Under the pieces are notes generated by a model. That model ran no database searches, was not told the DNA's origin, and worked only from the letters and a program-made list of their open reading frames with translations. 64,000 nt of DNA from the human T2T-CHM13v2.0 reference genome, Homo sapiens, in NCBI RefSeq assembly GCF_009914755.1, contig NC_060937.1; one strand, written 5' to 3'. The translations under genes and the position numbers were made by a program. Below, in pieces: positions 16,210 through 31,315 of the stretch; position 1 is the stretch's first letter; each line of letters begins with the position of its first letter.

Positions 16210-16383
16210 ACAGGTTCCAGGACCTCCTAATACCAAAATCCAAGGATGCATAAGTCCCTTTATATAAAATGGCATAGTATTTGCATATAACCTATGCACT
16301 CCTCCCACATATTTTAAAATCATCTCTAGATTACTTATAATACCTAATATTATATAAATGCCACATAAACAGTTGTTACACTA
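16210..16383 (+). mobile_element. MER2 (Tigger-type) fragment, followed by a minus-strand AluJ at ~16384-16691
   Basis: ataccaaaatc...tataaaatggcatagtatttgcatataacctatgca...catctctagattacttataatacctaata matches MER2. Confidence 0.75.
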
Positions 16384-16797
16384 TTTATTTTTTTCTTTAT
16401 TTGAGACAGGGTCTCACTCTGTCACGTGGGCTGGAGTGCAGTAGTGCAGTGCTTGGTGAAGCCTTGACCTCCTCAGGTCAAACAATCCTTGTGCCTCAGC
16501 CTCCCAAGGAGCTTGGACTACAGGCACACGACAATGCACCCAGATGATTTTTTTTTTTTTTTTGTATTTTTTGTAGAGGTAGGGTCTCACTTTGTTGCCC
16601 AGGCTGGTCTAGAACTCCTGGCTTCAAGCAGTCCTCCCACCTAGGCCTCTCAAAGTGCTGAGATTACGGGCATGAGCCACATGCCTGGCCCGTATTATTT
16701 TTTAGTAAAATCACTTTCCAAAATACTGCAATATGAGGAAACCTTTATTCCAAAAAGTCTACTCATAATAACTTATAAACATCTTTGGAAGTTAAAA

Positions 16798-16880
16798 ATT
16801 AACCACATCAACCTGCTTAGCCCACATAACCCACATTAACCCACATCAACCTGCTTAGCCCACATAATCCACATTAACCC
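16798..16880. repeat. ~38-bp tandem duplication (about 2.2 copies)
   Basis: ccacatcaacctgcttagcccacataa(c/t)ccacattaac is repeated. Confidence 0.85.
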
Positions 16881-17034
16881 ATATTGTGGTTTATGTTTTA
16901 AAAGGAGAAAAAACACTGAAACTACCATATGTCTTACCTTTTAGGCATACATGTTAAAATTTTGGCAGATGAAACATAATACTGATAGATGACGCTTCAA
17001 AATAATGCAGGGAAGAGTAGAAGTGGGTAGAGAT

Positions 17035-17402
17035 TGTTAAATCAAGTTTAGTCTAAAGCAGTCTCCTTACATATTTGAAGTTCAGTCTAAAGGTTTCTCT
17101 GTACATAGTGAACTATAAATGTATCTAAATGGAGGTGTAAACAGACTGTAACCTACTTTTGTGCCAATCACCAAGTTTTGGCCAGTTAAAAGGGGCCAAC
17201 TGTTCAAACCATGTTCAAATAAGGCAAATGCCGAGCTGTAACCAATCTGACTGTTTCTGTACCTCTGTCTATACATCTTCTTCCACCACCTGGCTGTGCT
17301 GGAGTCTCTCTGAACATACTGTGGCTCAGGAGGCTGCCCTATTCACGAATCATTCTTTGCTCAGTTGAACTCTTTAATTTGACTAAGGACTTTCTTTTAA
17401 CA
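17035..17402 (+). mobile_element. Solo ERV1 LTR (MER57-like)
   Basis: TGTTAAA...TTTAACA termini; 4-bp TSD AGAT (17031-17034 and 17403-17406); MER57-like body with CCAAT boxes. Confidence 0.85.
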
Positions 17403-17519
17403 AGATATAAATTACACAAACGACCATAAATTATAATTGTTTTAAAATGCCACATGGGAGTTCAATATATTATTCTCTCTACTTTTACATATGTTTGAAA
17501 GTTTTATAAAAGAGAGCTT

Positions 17520-17788
17520 TTGTTTTTTTGTTGTTGTTTTTTCTGAGACAGTACAATCTCAGCTCACTGTGGCCTCCACCTCATGGACTAAAGAGATCCT
17601 CCCACCTCAGCCTCCCAAGCTGGGACTACGGTTGTGAACCACCATGCTTGCCTACTTTTTAAATTTTGTGTAGAGATGAGGTCTCACTGTATTGCCTAGG
17701 CTGGTCTTGAACTCCTAGTCTCAAGCAATCCTCCCTCCTCTGTCTTCCAAAGTGCTGGGATTACAGGTGTGAGCCACTGTGCCCAGCC
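17520..17788 (-). mobile_element. AluJ with internal deletion
   Basis: Antisense Alu dimer. Confidence 0.82.
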
Positions 17789-19029
17789 AGAATTTTTGTT
17801 AAGTGTGTTATGATAAAACACATAATTAAAAACAAGTGATTTTTGATTTTCTGAAATCAGAAAACCTGGTTACCAACTAGATGAGTGGACAACATTCATT
17901 ATTTTTCTACGCCTTAAATTTTCACATCTGTGAAAAAGGAGTTGGACTCATTAAATTCCAACGTTCCTGCTAGTTCCATTTTTTTTTTTTAACAATTCAA
18001 CTGAATGACTTCCACACTTTGAATTTGGTTTAACAATTCTAACTAAAATCCAGAATGCATTCATAGCTAAATCTTATATAATTAACTGAAAATTGTTCAT
18101 TACTGTTACCAAAATAACAATCTAGTACAGTACTTACCTCAGCTGGGCCTTCATTCCTATATAAATCCTATTTTGCTTACCCTGAAACACCTTTCCTTCA
18201 AGTATTACCTCTTAGACCCTTCATTCTCTATAGTTAACGTTGTCAAAGAAAATAGAGGCCACTAAGTATAATTTGTTCCAGTTTCCCTACCCCTAATGCA
18301 GCCCATCCTCATTTCTGCCTGTACTTCAAGTCCTTTCCACCTGAGGCTGCTTCAAGATCTCTCCACATCTCACACATCTCTTATATTTCTTATTCCCTTC
18401 CCCAACAACTCCCTACTTACTCTATCTAGGCTCAGTCGTTTGTTCCTTTTCTAACCAAGTCCTCAGGTCTCTTTTGCTCTGGCTTCTTCAGTTTAGCCTA
18501 GTCAACACCACCCTTCTTAACAAATAAAAAACAAATGAACAGCCTTCTTTCCACCCTACGTCTTCCTCAAGCTAACCTGTGATTCCTCCTTCCCATGACT
18601 ACCAAATATTTAAATCAAAGCTCTAACTAGTCTAAATAGCTCAACTCCAACTCACTCCTTAGCTCATCATGATCTAGCTTCCAGCCTCCACCACCCTCAG
18701 TTTTCCCTTCTCACTGGCCCCCAAAGAGCAAATACAATGAATGGCTTATTGTAAGGTCTCATCATGCCTCTCCTCTCTGTAGCATTTGATACTGCAATTA
18801 CTGCCCCTCCTTCAGGAAACTCTCCTCCCTAAGTTCTTATACACCATTTTCCTGCTAAGCTTCCTACAGACTCCCTCAGTACCATTTTCACCTCGTCTCC
18901 TAATATGATTTGGTTCCTCAGGGTTCTTTCCTCCCCTGCTCCTCTTTCCTTCTTATCCCTACAATCCCTCACCTATATTATCATCTTACTCTAGCCATTG
19001 CTTGAGCTATTAATCTTCACCACTGGATA

Positions 19030-19262
19030 CGCTAGCCTAGAAGGGCCTGTGAGCAAAATCTAGACCCCCAACTGATTTCATAAATAAAGCTTTATTAGAA
19101 TACAACCACACTCATTTGTTTGCCTACAGTCTATGGCTGCTTTTGCGCTCAAGACACAGGTGAATAGCTGCAATACAAGCAGAATGGCCCTCAAAGCCCT
19201 AGTATTTAGGCTTTTAAAAAATATTATGGCTCTTTACAAAAAACTTGCCAACCTCTATTCTA
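19030..19262. mobile_element. MER58-like hAT MITE
   Basis: taaataaagctttattagaatacaaccacactcatttgttt...tctatggctgctttt...ttgccaacct resembles MER58A. Confidence 0.7.
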
Positions 19263-19342
19263 TAAGGTAAAATATGCCAAAAGATTAGTCCTAATAACTT
19301 TTTCTGCTTTTCAATCTCAGTGCCAACACTATAGTCAGGCCA

Positions 19343-19424
19343 CCCATCTGAGACCTTGAGGGTTTTCTGTTACTCCCAAACTCCCCATCTGAGACCTTGA
19401 GGGTTTTCTGTTACTCCCAAACTC
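19343..19424. repeat. Perfect 41-bp tandem duplication
   Basis: cccatctgagaccttgagggttttctgttactcccaaactc occurs twice, identical. Confidence 0.92.
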
Positions 19425-19583
19425 TCTTCTCATCTTCACCAATCCATCCCCTATGGTATAACCAAAGCAATGCTTCTAAATGCACAAATCTATTTCACTG
19501 TTTAAAATGTTCCCCAGCGAAAAGGTTTTTCACAATCTGGCTCTTGTCTGTCCTACCCAAATTTCAAATTACTCCACACCTGA

Positions 19584-20024
<441 letters not shown>

Positions 20025-21476
20025 TGAAGCCTTCAGTGACTTACCCAGGCCAACTCAGGTGATTCTTTCCCCATGTGCCCGCTCCACTAGGTACACACTT
20101 CCATTACAGGAAATATTTACTTGCTTTCACATAATCTGCCTACTAGTCTATACATTCCTTGAGCAGGAACCCTGAGGTAGAGTAGGAAAATGGCTATTAA
20201 GGGCATGGAGTTTTAAAGTTGGAAATCTGGGACTCAGTGCCAGTTCTGCCCCTTCCTAACTGTATGTTCTTAACAAATTAAGAAGAAAATGAAGAAATGA
20301 AGAACTCATTTTCTTCCTCTGTATAATGTAAACTTTGTGAGGATTATTTAAGGTTATTCTTATAAACACAGTGCCTTACACATAGTTAAGTGCTCAACAA
20401 TTACTGGTTATCATTATTTTCATTGTTTTATCCCTCACACTCAGTAAAGAATTCGAATAGCTGCTGAGTGACATAACTGAAGCAAGCTAGTTCTGCACTG
20501 TTTTCAGCTGCATACTGAATATTTTCATCTGAACAACACTTGGATCCCGAGAACTCATTATTTTTATGCCCAAACTGTTTCAATTAGAGCAATCAACTTG
20601 TTAAGGTTTGTCCAGGACTTTCTCTGTTTGAACACTGAAAGTCCTGTATACTGGGAACTACCTCAGTTCCAGGCAAACCAAGACAGTTGATCACCTTAGA
20701 GTTATGTTGCAAACAACAGCAACTGACTTGGGTAAATTTAAGAAGAAATAAAGGGAAGAGTGAATTTATTGGTAGAATGTATAGAGTAATTCACAAAACC
20801 AAGACAAAGCTGAAGAATCAAGCCTACGAAAGCAACTCCCACATATCTAGCCGGCAGGAATTAACGGATGGTTACCTTCACAGTACTTCTGTCAAGATGA
20901 ATCAATTAGGTCTCAGTATCAGCTCACTCAAGATTTAAATGCCAGGGACAAATTAGCCTAATTTGTGTTAGCCAGAAAAATGTGAGGCACATTAATTAAT
21001 CAGAGGCAGGAGCACCTACATTAAAAATCCCACCATAAGATAGCCAATGGCAGAAAAGTAGCTTCCAAAGGCCAAATCAGAAGGTTGTTTCCAAAAGCAG
21101 GGGGAATGGATACAATGCCCCTCATATCAGCTGCAGCTTAAACATGCCAAGCCTTTAGACTCCATGACACAGTCACTGTTATTCATACTATTTTTCTTTC
21201 TGAGTTGGCAAACTCATCCTTCAAGACCTACCTCAAGTATGACCTTCTGTGTAACCTTACTAATTTCCCCAGGTACAATCACACTTTTTCTATACTCTTA
21301 TAGTACTTTACAAATTATCTACCTGTATCATAGAACTTACCACACTGTACACTAGCCATATGCTTAAGTATCAGTCTCTCCCACTAAACTGAACTTCCTT
21401 AGATCAGGGAATATTTTCATATTTATAATCTTTGGCACCTAATGATGTCTACATAGCATGTAGAAAATACTAAATA

Positions 21477-21757
21477 GGCTGCGCGCGGTGGCTCATGCCT
21501 GTAATCCCAGCACTTTGGGAGGCTGAGGTAGGTGAATCACTTGAGCCTAAGAGTTTGAGACCAGCTTGGACAACACGGCGAAACCCTGTCTCTACAAAAA
21601 ATAAAAAAATTAGCTGGGCGTGGTGGCGTGCACCTGTCCAGCTACTTGAGAGGATCACTCGAGCCTGGGAAGTTAAGGATGCAGTGAGCCGTGATTGTGC
21701 CACTGTACTCCAGCCTGGGTGACAGAGCAAGACCCTGTCTCAAAGAAAAAAAAAAAG
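21477..21757 (+). mobile_element. AluJ
   Basis: Dimer with a short deletion in the right arm; A tail. Confidence 0.85.
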
Positions 21758-22282
21758 CTAAATAAATGTTTAATAAATCTGTTTCCCAAGTCACTAGAAT
21801 ACGTAAAGCATCAAATAAAAAGAAACATAGGGGCTACCACAAGTAAATATGCTGACAGTATCAAAAGAAAGCTGATAGACCAAAAGCAAGGGAAGGACAA
21901 GCCAAAAAAATTAAGAAGAGCAAAAACTCCACAAGCGTAAAAATCAAGAAGAAAATTCTGTTAATTTAACAACCTGAAGGCATCACTTATGTAAAAGCAA
22001 AACCCAATATCCATATGCATAATGGTGATTCTCAAGAACCAAGAAAACAACTAAATTATATTCTATTTAAGGCAAGTGTCAAAATAAAGTAAAATCTAGT
22101 ATGTATACAACCTCCCTAACCCAGAAAACCAAGAATGATTAATTCCAAGTAAATATAGTCATGATTTATTTTACCATATTTTAACTGCTGATGTTGGCTA
22201 TGCTGTAAGAAAATTTTTCTTAACAGCAAAACTGCAAGAAAGGATAGCTACATCCTCCTTATACTTTTAATATTCCTTCACC

Positions 22283-22448
22283 TCCACTTGAAAATGAGAA
22301 TACAGTCCTCCCTCTGTATCCTCGGGGGGGTTGGCTCCAGATGCTCCCTCCCCCGAAGATACTAAAATCTGCAGATGCTCAAATCTCTTCTATAAAATGG
22401 CACAGTACAGTCAGCCCTACGAATCCACAGGTTACAAAGGGCCAGCTG
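22283..22448. mobile_element. MER2/Tigger-derived MITE
   Basis: TA-flanked CAGTC...GCTG termini; ctaaaatctgcagatgctcaa...tataaaatggcacagta body. Confidence 0.65.
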
Positions 22449-22850
22449 TACAGCCAAACCGTATGCTAACTAAACAAAAGGTCAACTGAGGAGTGGTGTC
22501 AGTCATAGAAAGAAAATCCTACTGACTCTGAAGTTAGAAGTTCTAGATATACACTTTGTAACTCCTTTACTGGATACCAAGAAGTTACTTTTTTTTCCAC
22601 TTCTTGAAATGTCATCCATTTCATGTCCCATTTCCCCCAAATAACTAAAATTCACTTCACAAACTGTTAAGTAACTTTCACATTGATGGCATTAAACTAT
22701 TTGTTCTTTATCACCTGAACCCTACGATCATTCTTATTATCATTACTGAGATATATTCTAAGGTACACACTACCACCAACTGAAGTTTAAATAAATAAAT
22801 AGAAGCTTAACTTGAAGCTAATCAAGACTTTAAATCAAACTTCCAGTTTA

Positions 22851-23110
22851 GACTGGGCTCAGTGGCTCATGGCTATAATCCCAGCATTTTGGGAGATTGA
22901 GGAGGGAGGACTGCTTGAGGACAGGAGTTCAAGACCAGCCTGGGCAACACAGCAAGACCCCATCGCTACAAAAAGTAAATAAGCTGGACATGGTAGTGTG
23001 CACCTGTAGTCCTAGCTACTCAAGACGCTGAGGCAGGAGGATCGCTTGAGCCATGATCGTGTCACTGCACTCCAGCCCAGGTAACAGCAAGATTCTGTCT
23101 CAAAAATAAT
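22851..23110 (+). mobile_element. AluJ
   Basis: Dimer with a right-arm deletion; flanking duplicate AAACTTCCAG. Confidence 0.85.
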
Positions 23111-23649
23111 GTTTAAAAATTTTTTTTTAAAAAAACTTCCAGATTACAAAAAATCTGAAGGGTGGTAAAAAAACAAATAAGAGGAACCAGTTAAGCACCA
23201 CCAGAAGGAAACAGACAAACCCAGTAATTAGGACAGTCTATTAGGCTAAATATGAAATTGCCAATACTTGGCTGTTGTTACAAACCTGGAAAAAAGCAAT
23301 TTCATATAGTGCAATTTAATAAAAGAAAACTGACCCGAACAAATTAGTGGCATTTTTAAATGGTTGGGAGACAACAGACTAAAGTTGGAAACAATCCAAG
23401 TATTCATCTATAGATGAATGGGTAAACAAAATGTGGTATATACATACAATAGAATGTTACTTAGCCATACAAATTAGCCTTAATCACTAATTCATTCACT
23501 ATGTATATACCTTAATCTCCCAGAACTTTACCTGTCATAATAAAAAGCTTGGAGTTGATTTGGGAAGCAGTAGGAAAAGGCACTAAAAGAGTAAACATTT
23601 CAGTTCAAAAATACACATGGGAAAAATTATTGTGTCTGCGGTGCCTACG

Positions 23650-24620
23650 ATGTATTTATTCAAGGAATATTTTAGTGCTTGCTTGGTTCTAGCCACTGTA
23701 CTAAGTGGTAGGCAATGAAGATACATAGTCTGTGCCCTCAAAAAGCTCACAATCTAGTAGGAAAAATAAAATCTAATTAAAATACATTATCATAATTGCA
23801 ACGAGAAAGATACACTCAGACTTCTTCCAGGAGCAAAGAATGGTACCTACCCAGAGTTGAGTATTTAAAAGTGGTAGGAATTAGCCAGGCAACAGGAGGC
23901 AGAGAAGGATATTCCAGTCAGCAAGATGGCCCTGAGAATAGAAATAGCACTGGCGAGGAGGGGCAGGCGGGATTCCAGATTATGTATAAGCATATAAGAA
24001 GTTCAGTGTTGCTAGGGCTTAAGGGGGTGGGGGAGGAAGGCTGAATCTGGAGAAATAATCAGGCATCAGGCTCACTGAAAAATCTCATAAACTAAAGGAA
24101 GAAAACCACTTTGGAGATAGTTTTTAAACAGGAAGGTGACAGGTAATAAGGCCTAAAGTAGGCTGGAGGCAGCAGAATATAGAGGCAGGGCCAAAATCCA
24201 GAGACAGCACAGAGATTCGAGCTACATAACTGGCATCTGACTGAATGTGGAAGAGGAGAAGTCCAAGAAGCCTCTCAAGTTTCAAATTCAGGTCACAGTG
24301 AGGGTGATGATGCCATAAACAGAAAAAAGAAAAAACAAAGGCAGAACATGGCTTTAAACACTTTGAGCTTGAGAAGCTAAAAAGATGCTCATGTGAATAA
24401 TTTCCAGCAGATGATTTTATGAAATTTAAGTCCCCGCACATTGAAATGATGATTAAAGCCAAGGGAGTTGCTGATATGAGCAAGAAAAACAGTCTACAGA
24501 TAAAAGAATCGTAGACAGAATCCCAAGCCATGCCTACTACATTCAAAGGGTAGGAAGAAGACTTACCAAAGCTGACTGAAAAAGAGTACTCCAAGAGAAC
24601 CAGGAAGCAGTATATGCCCC
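23650..24620 (-). mobile_element. L2 remnant
   Basis: tttattcaaggaatattt...cactgtactaag...tgccctcaaaaagctcacaatctagt pattern and purine-rich decayed L2 body. Confidence 0.6.
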
Positions 24621-26360
24621 ATTAGTGAATTCATGAAAAAAAAAAAGTTTGTTTGCTATATGGCATATAGATTCCTGAAACACTTTACACTCTCCAAACT
24701 TAGGAAGAAGAGGGAAATGCACAGGATGGATGGTCGTTAAGCACCTTTAGACACTGCATATGGTTAAACAGAGCCAAGAGGCAGAACATGGGTGCATGGC
24801 CAATATGCATACTCCTGGGCTTGATCCGTTCAACTGTTTCTGTACTTTATGTTCAACTGTTGTTATTTAAGAGTGCTAAACATTAATGGGATACTAAAAA
24901 TCACATATGAACCAATATGAACTTTGCCTTAACATTTTTTTATTAACCATTCAAGTATGAGCGAGTTCATGTTACAGAAATACATTATAGGAGAACAGGC
25001 TGTTCAAGGAGGGCTAGGCAACAGTATCAATGCCATGGAGTCAACACCAAAAGAAAATTAATGTCTTAGAATAATACTGAACCTTTCATTCCCAAATGTA
25101 GACTTTTTTCAGGTATATCATCTAGTCTCTCTTCTCATTAAGTTTCATGTTTCAAGTTACATCCAAGGTATCTATTCTCACTGAGCTTCTCAACAGAGCC
25201 CAAATACTTTAATAGCTATACAAACACAGAATTTGTTGTACATCACAGCAATTTATCCCAAATAGGTGAAGGAAAATTCACCTAGGAAAACACTAGAGAG
25301 GAGGAAAAGAATAGGGACTGATAGTACCAAGTATACTGTAAGTCAGGAAAGGCTCATGGAGAACTTTTAAAGTTTTTTTTTGTTTTTGGTTTTTAACTAG
25401 AATGACATGGTGTGGCAGAATTGTAATCTTGGTGTTCCAGAGATATATGAAGGAGTCTCACTGAAGAGATAGGTTGCCAGAGTGAACCCCAACTCAACAG
25501 ATAGTCAAAAGAAGGCACACAGAACAGCATATACAAAGGCATGAAGAAGAAACTACTGGTTACTCAAGCATCTCCAGTACTTTATCACAGCTGGCACAAA
25601 GGAGATATAAGGAAAAGTGCAAGGTGAGGTAAAAAAGGTAAGGTCTTACAACTATGTGTGGCATGCTAAGGACTTTTATCCTGAAGTCAATGGGAAGGAT
25701 CATAAACAGGAAAGTAACACAGAAAGATATGAGAAAGATCAATCCACAAGATACACTGGGGAGAGAAGATACTGAACACAGAAGAGCTAGGTACACTATT
25801 ATACTTGTTCAGGCAACAAAGATAAGGGTCTAAACTAGGGGCAGAGGAAGTAAGGTTGGTAACAGGTACAAACATGAGGGTTCTTCAGATAACTAATACA
25901 AAGAAGGGTGAAGGAGGGGAAGAGAAGGGAGTCAAGGATAGAATCTTAAACTTGGACAATCAGATAGTGCCACTTAGCACTGGAGGTTCCAGAGACAGAA
26001 GCAAGTCTGGTAGAGCTAACTGAATTTTGCAGGTGAGAAAATATATATTAGCCCTGGTATCAGAAACTAAAGCATAAAGCTTAAGTGTTAAGCCCAAAGA
26101 TACGGATTATCATTTTTTGGTAAAACCAACCAACTGGCTCCTTGCTGATAAGAAGGAAACTTTGCAAGAGTAAAAAGATAAAAAGGCAAATAAATCTAAT
26201 AGTAAAGTTCATCAAAAATTTGCAAGGTTTTAAAGTATAGAAATAGCAATTTCTGTGATATAGTCGATATTTCTTCAATATTTTCCCCATTCACTAACTT
26301 TCAGGCGTGGTTTGTACATGTCAAGTCTTAGACTCCCTTCGGTGGAGTACAGCACAGTAA

Positions 26361-26876
<516 letters not shown>

Positions 26877-27318
26877 TGATATATTGTAAGTCCAGGCTTT
26901 GCCACTTAACACCCGATGGAAGACTTAAGGCCACTTACTTAAGGGTTGTAGGCCTCAAGTTGCCTCAGCAGTAAATGGGGATAATAATAGTACTTACTTG
27001 ATATAGGACTGTTGTGAAGATTAAATAGATAATCTATATAAAGTACTTAGCACTGATATACTGTAAACAATAAATGTTAAGGTTTTTAAAATAATTAATT
27101 ACTGTTACTAATGAAAATGTCACACCCTTGAGGTATACAGCAGCAAGAAAATGAGTTGACCTGGATTGCAGTTACCTGAGCATTTGTTTTGTAATTATTC
27201 ATTAAACAGAACATTTCTGTTTTGCACACTTTTCTATAAGTTATCTTTGAAAACAGGAAAAGTTTTTAAGAATCAATGCCTTACATGAAAAGGTCTAGCA
27301 TTAAAATGCACATTCCAG

Positions 27319-27596
27319 GACCGGGCATGGTGACTCATGCCCCTAATCCCAACACTTTTAGAGGCCAAGGCAGGAGGATAACTTGAGCTAGCAGTTTGAA
27401 ACCAGCCTGGGCAACATGGCAAAACCCCGTCTCTACAAAAAACACAAAAATTAGCCAGGTGTGGTGGCATGTGCCTGTAGTCCCAGCTACTCAAGAGGCT
27501 GAGATGGAAGGACGGCTTGAGCCTGGGAGGAGGCGAAGGTTATAGTGAGCCGAGATTGGGCCACTGCACTCCACCCTTGGCGACAGAGCCAGACCC

Positions 27597-27627
<31 letters not shown>
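27319..27627 (+). mobile_element. AluJ with a T19-A10 tail
   Basis: Flanking duplicate GCACATTCCAG at 27308-27318 and 27628-27638. Confidence 0.88.
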
Positions 27628-29062
27628 GCACATTCCAGAACAAATAAAAGGAAATGTTTCCCTTTCAATATGTACTTCCTAGTTTTTGCTACAAAATGCA
27701 TCCCCTACCCAAGCTCCAAATTTCTATCAGTGATGATAATTACTCCCTCCCTTCCTCCATTTATAAACCTCAGAATAACCTTTACTCCCTTTCTCTTCAG
27801 TGATCTTTATAAAGAGAATTTGAAGGAGGAGGAAGAGGGAGGAAGAACAGCATCATCAAATCCTCATTCCAGGTTGTAGCCATTCCCAGTCTCAATTTTT
27901 TGGAAAACTCTTCTTTGCAGATCAGACAACAGCGCTATTTCTCCAAAATGAATTCTAGGTATTACTGCCCTGTCACCCTTTCCATTGCTCTAATCATGTT
28001 ACATCTCCTCTTTGCTCTGGAATAAATTCCTTCACATCTCCCTATCAAGAAAAAGCTTCCAAGCAACTCTTTGCCACAAGATATTCTTGCATCAACACAG
28101 GCCACCTGGAAGTCTCCTCTCTTTAATATAATCACTCTTCTTTTTTACCTGGATATTTATTCACCAGTTAACATGCCCCTTTTAAGTTTGGTACATATTT
28201 CCTATAAGATTCACTAACCTCATTTTTTTTTTCCTCTCCAAAGATCTCTTAAAGTCTCTCTCGATTGAATGACAAAGAAATTTTCTTCCTCAACCCTCTC
28301 TCTACTCAAATCCCCTGGCATAACTCTATCCTTTTATTTTCTTTAACAAGTATGGATCTTATTCTTGCACCTAACATCTTGTGTATCAGCTGCTTCTATA
28401 ATTTATAACATGTTTTAGCTTTTGTCTATCCTATATGTGAAAAAATAGGCATCATAGCTTATCAAAGTGCATCTCACTGTTTTGGAACAGCCTGATAACC
28501 ACAACTACTCAGTTACAGAGCTAAGTTGTACTGTTTCTAATGGACAAGACTAAGCATGGTTATCTACTCTTAGATATGCCTAAATCCCCAATAAAGGCCC
28601 TTCATCAGATTTGACCCCAGTTTACCCTTTAGTCTCTCTCTCTCCTACATTTCTCTCAGGACTCTTCAATTACTGCTCCCTCTAGTCTGGAATGCCCCTT
28701 TCTTCCACCAGCCTTCTCCCGCCCTTTGCCTGGCCACCTTTCTTTCATCCTTCACAATCAGCTCACTCCCATTCATCCATTAGAAATCAACCAGAGTATC
28801 TTCCCTTTCTGCTCACCTCCAAGTAGTTTTTTTGGCATGCATTTTCGGAATACTATACTGTAACAATTGTTGTTCTGCATTGTAATTATCACCCCCACTG
28901 GACTGTAAACTCCCTGAAGTACAGACTGCATCTTATTCCTTATCCCCAAGACCTAACATTGATAGATACCCAATAGACAATTAGTGAATAAATAATACCC
29001 ATATCCACTGAGTGACATGCACAGGCTACATAAGCACACTGAGGTTTTTTATCTAAAGTTCC

Positions 29063-29349
29063 AGCTGGGTGTGACGACTAGCATCTGTAGTTCGAACACT
29101 TTGGAAGGCCGAGGCGGGAGAATCACTGGAGCCCAGGAGTTCAAGACAAGCTTGGGCAACAAAGCGAGACCCCGTCTCTAAAAAAGATTAAAAAATTAGC
29201 CAGGTGTGGTGGTGTCCGCCTGTAGTCCCAGCTACTTGGGAGGCCATGGTGGGAAGATTCCTTGAACCTAGAAGTTTGAGCTTGCAGCTGAGCTATGAGT
29301 GCCTGAGCACTCCAACTTGGGTAAAGGAGCAAGACTCCGTCTCAAAAAA
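29063..29349 (+). mobile_element. AluJ (diverged)
   Basis: Recognisable dimer. Confidence 0.82.
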
Positions 29350-31315
29350 TACTTTACTCATGTAAAGTGGGGATAATGCCACACTTCATATACTTGTTAC
29401 ACAGATTAAATAAGGTATCATGAAGCTCGTAACAGTGTCTGCCACATTAGAACTACCATTTGAATGTCTATTTCATGTTTTAGTTACACTATAGAATCCC
29501 GAGAAATGTAATGTTGTGACCAATACCAGGCTGAATGGCTTAGCAACCATGCTCTTTTTCATGCATCTAAAAGTCACGGGTTACATTCTTATCAGCAAAT
29601 ATTTGTTGTGTACCTATTATGTGCAGGAGTCCTTACTAAGTATCACTGAGCTACCAGAACACAATAGAGGTAAACAATGAAACAAAAACCTGTACCAATA
29701 TCCGAGAGAAGAATGTTACTGGTTTTTCTGTACAAACAATGAGTATTTTTCAATAAATTTTTATTTGGAACAGGATAGGCTTCAAGAAAAATTCCTAATG
29801 GGAAAAGTTCAAAATTAACACTTGTCATCAAGTGGACCAATAACAGGAGGCAGTTCCAAAATTTCTTGTTCCTATTCCCAAGTTTTACTTTCGCTTAGAT
29901 GTATTTCTTACAAAGGGTATTTAACCATGACCAGGAAAGAATATATGATCTTTATTTGACTCATTTAAATGGGAATTCCACGGATATCTCCCTAGGTTCT
30001 TTCCTACTAGTATTTAATTTTGTAGCTCTGAAAAACGGCCTGAGTTTGTCTGTTTCTCTACAAAATAGAACACTGAATGGTATATTTACCCCACAACCTT
30101 CCTTAAGACAGGATAAAACACACCTCTTAATCACACTAGCTTATCAAAAATTACAAAACTGCAAATCATGTCGCCTAGTATTAGCAAAGAAGGCTGCGGC
30201 CTTAAAACCATTTTCCCCCTAACAAATCCAAAGGTCACGGTCCCAGTGAAGTTTGTGCATTATACTTACTGTTTTCAGTAGCTGCAGAGAGACCTCTAGC
30301 GCTGCCTCAATAAGCCGAGTTTGCAAATAGTACCTGCTAATGTCACCTTAATGAGACAATGGCAACATGCTGAGTAGCAACTAACTGAGTGACCGCGATG
30401 AATGTTTAGTTTTGCAACCACTTGGAAATTCTACTAGCTTGGAGCAAGAGGTATGTAAGAGAATTATGAACCTGTGTATCCAATTTATTTTAGTAAAACG
30501 TGTCAAAGAAATTATCACCCTATGCACACCCCACTCCAAGAAAGGCTAAGAAAACAAGTCCTATGAGCGGAGGTCGGAGCAACCTCTTTTCCGAAGCCTG
30601 AACACAATAGATGGCAAACTATTGTCCACCTTCAGCTCGCTCCAAATGCCAGCAGTTGCAGGAGTATGAGCTGCAACAGCTCGGCACGACTAGTCCAAAG
30701 ACGAGCATTGGAATATAAGAAAATGGTCCTGGCGCATCCTACCCTCCCCCATCGATCACCCTCAAACAAGTCAGTTACCCGGCTGGTCCCCACCCCCCTC
30801 TGCGGGCCGCCACCGCCCGCCTGGGCCCGGCTCGCAGAAGGTAGGAGCCCGGACCGGCAGAGCCGAGGCTCCATGTGAGCCGCGCGGGAGGCGCAGAGGG
30901 GGCTGCACCGGACGGAAGGTTGCACCGGTGGCGGGCGCAAGCAGCGGCCGCCCCCTCGGCTGTGCGGTCGGAGGGCCCGGGCGGCAGCATCCCCGTTCAT
31001 CCGGGCGGCCCTGGCCCGCGGACCCCGCCTCAGCTCCACATCCCCTCCTCGCCGACACCAGGCCGCGCCCGCGTGACGGGGCCGAAAACGCCGGCATTTC
31101 CCGGTCGCCGCGCCGGCAGCTCCGGGGGGTGACTGCAGCCCGGCCGGCGTCTCGCCGCCCGCTCCGCCCAGCCCGGGGCCGCGGTGACGGGAGGCGGCGG
31201 CCAACTCCGGCCGACCACAAGCCGACGAGAACCAGCCCGGCGCCGGCCCCCCGCCCCTCCCCGCGTCGCCGGGCCGGCGCGGCCAGGCGGGCCCAGACCG
31301 CGGAAGCACACTCAC

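Noticed and set aside
18130-18145. Consensus minus-strand donor GAG|GTAAGT
   Set aside because: No convincing upstream acceptor was found, and isolated donor matches are common in long introns.
30632-31315. Continuation of the 250-aa ORF beyond KPNA3 exon 1, and other ORFs in the CpG island
   Set aside because: This is read-through past the GTGAGT donor into GC-rich intron, where stop codons are scarce. Low-complexity Arg/Gly/Pro/Ala composition.
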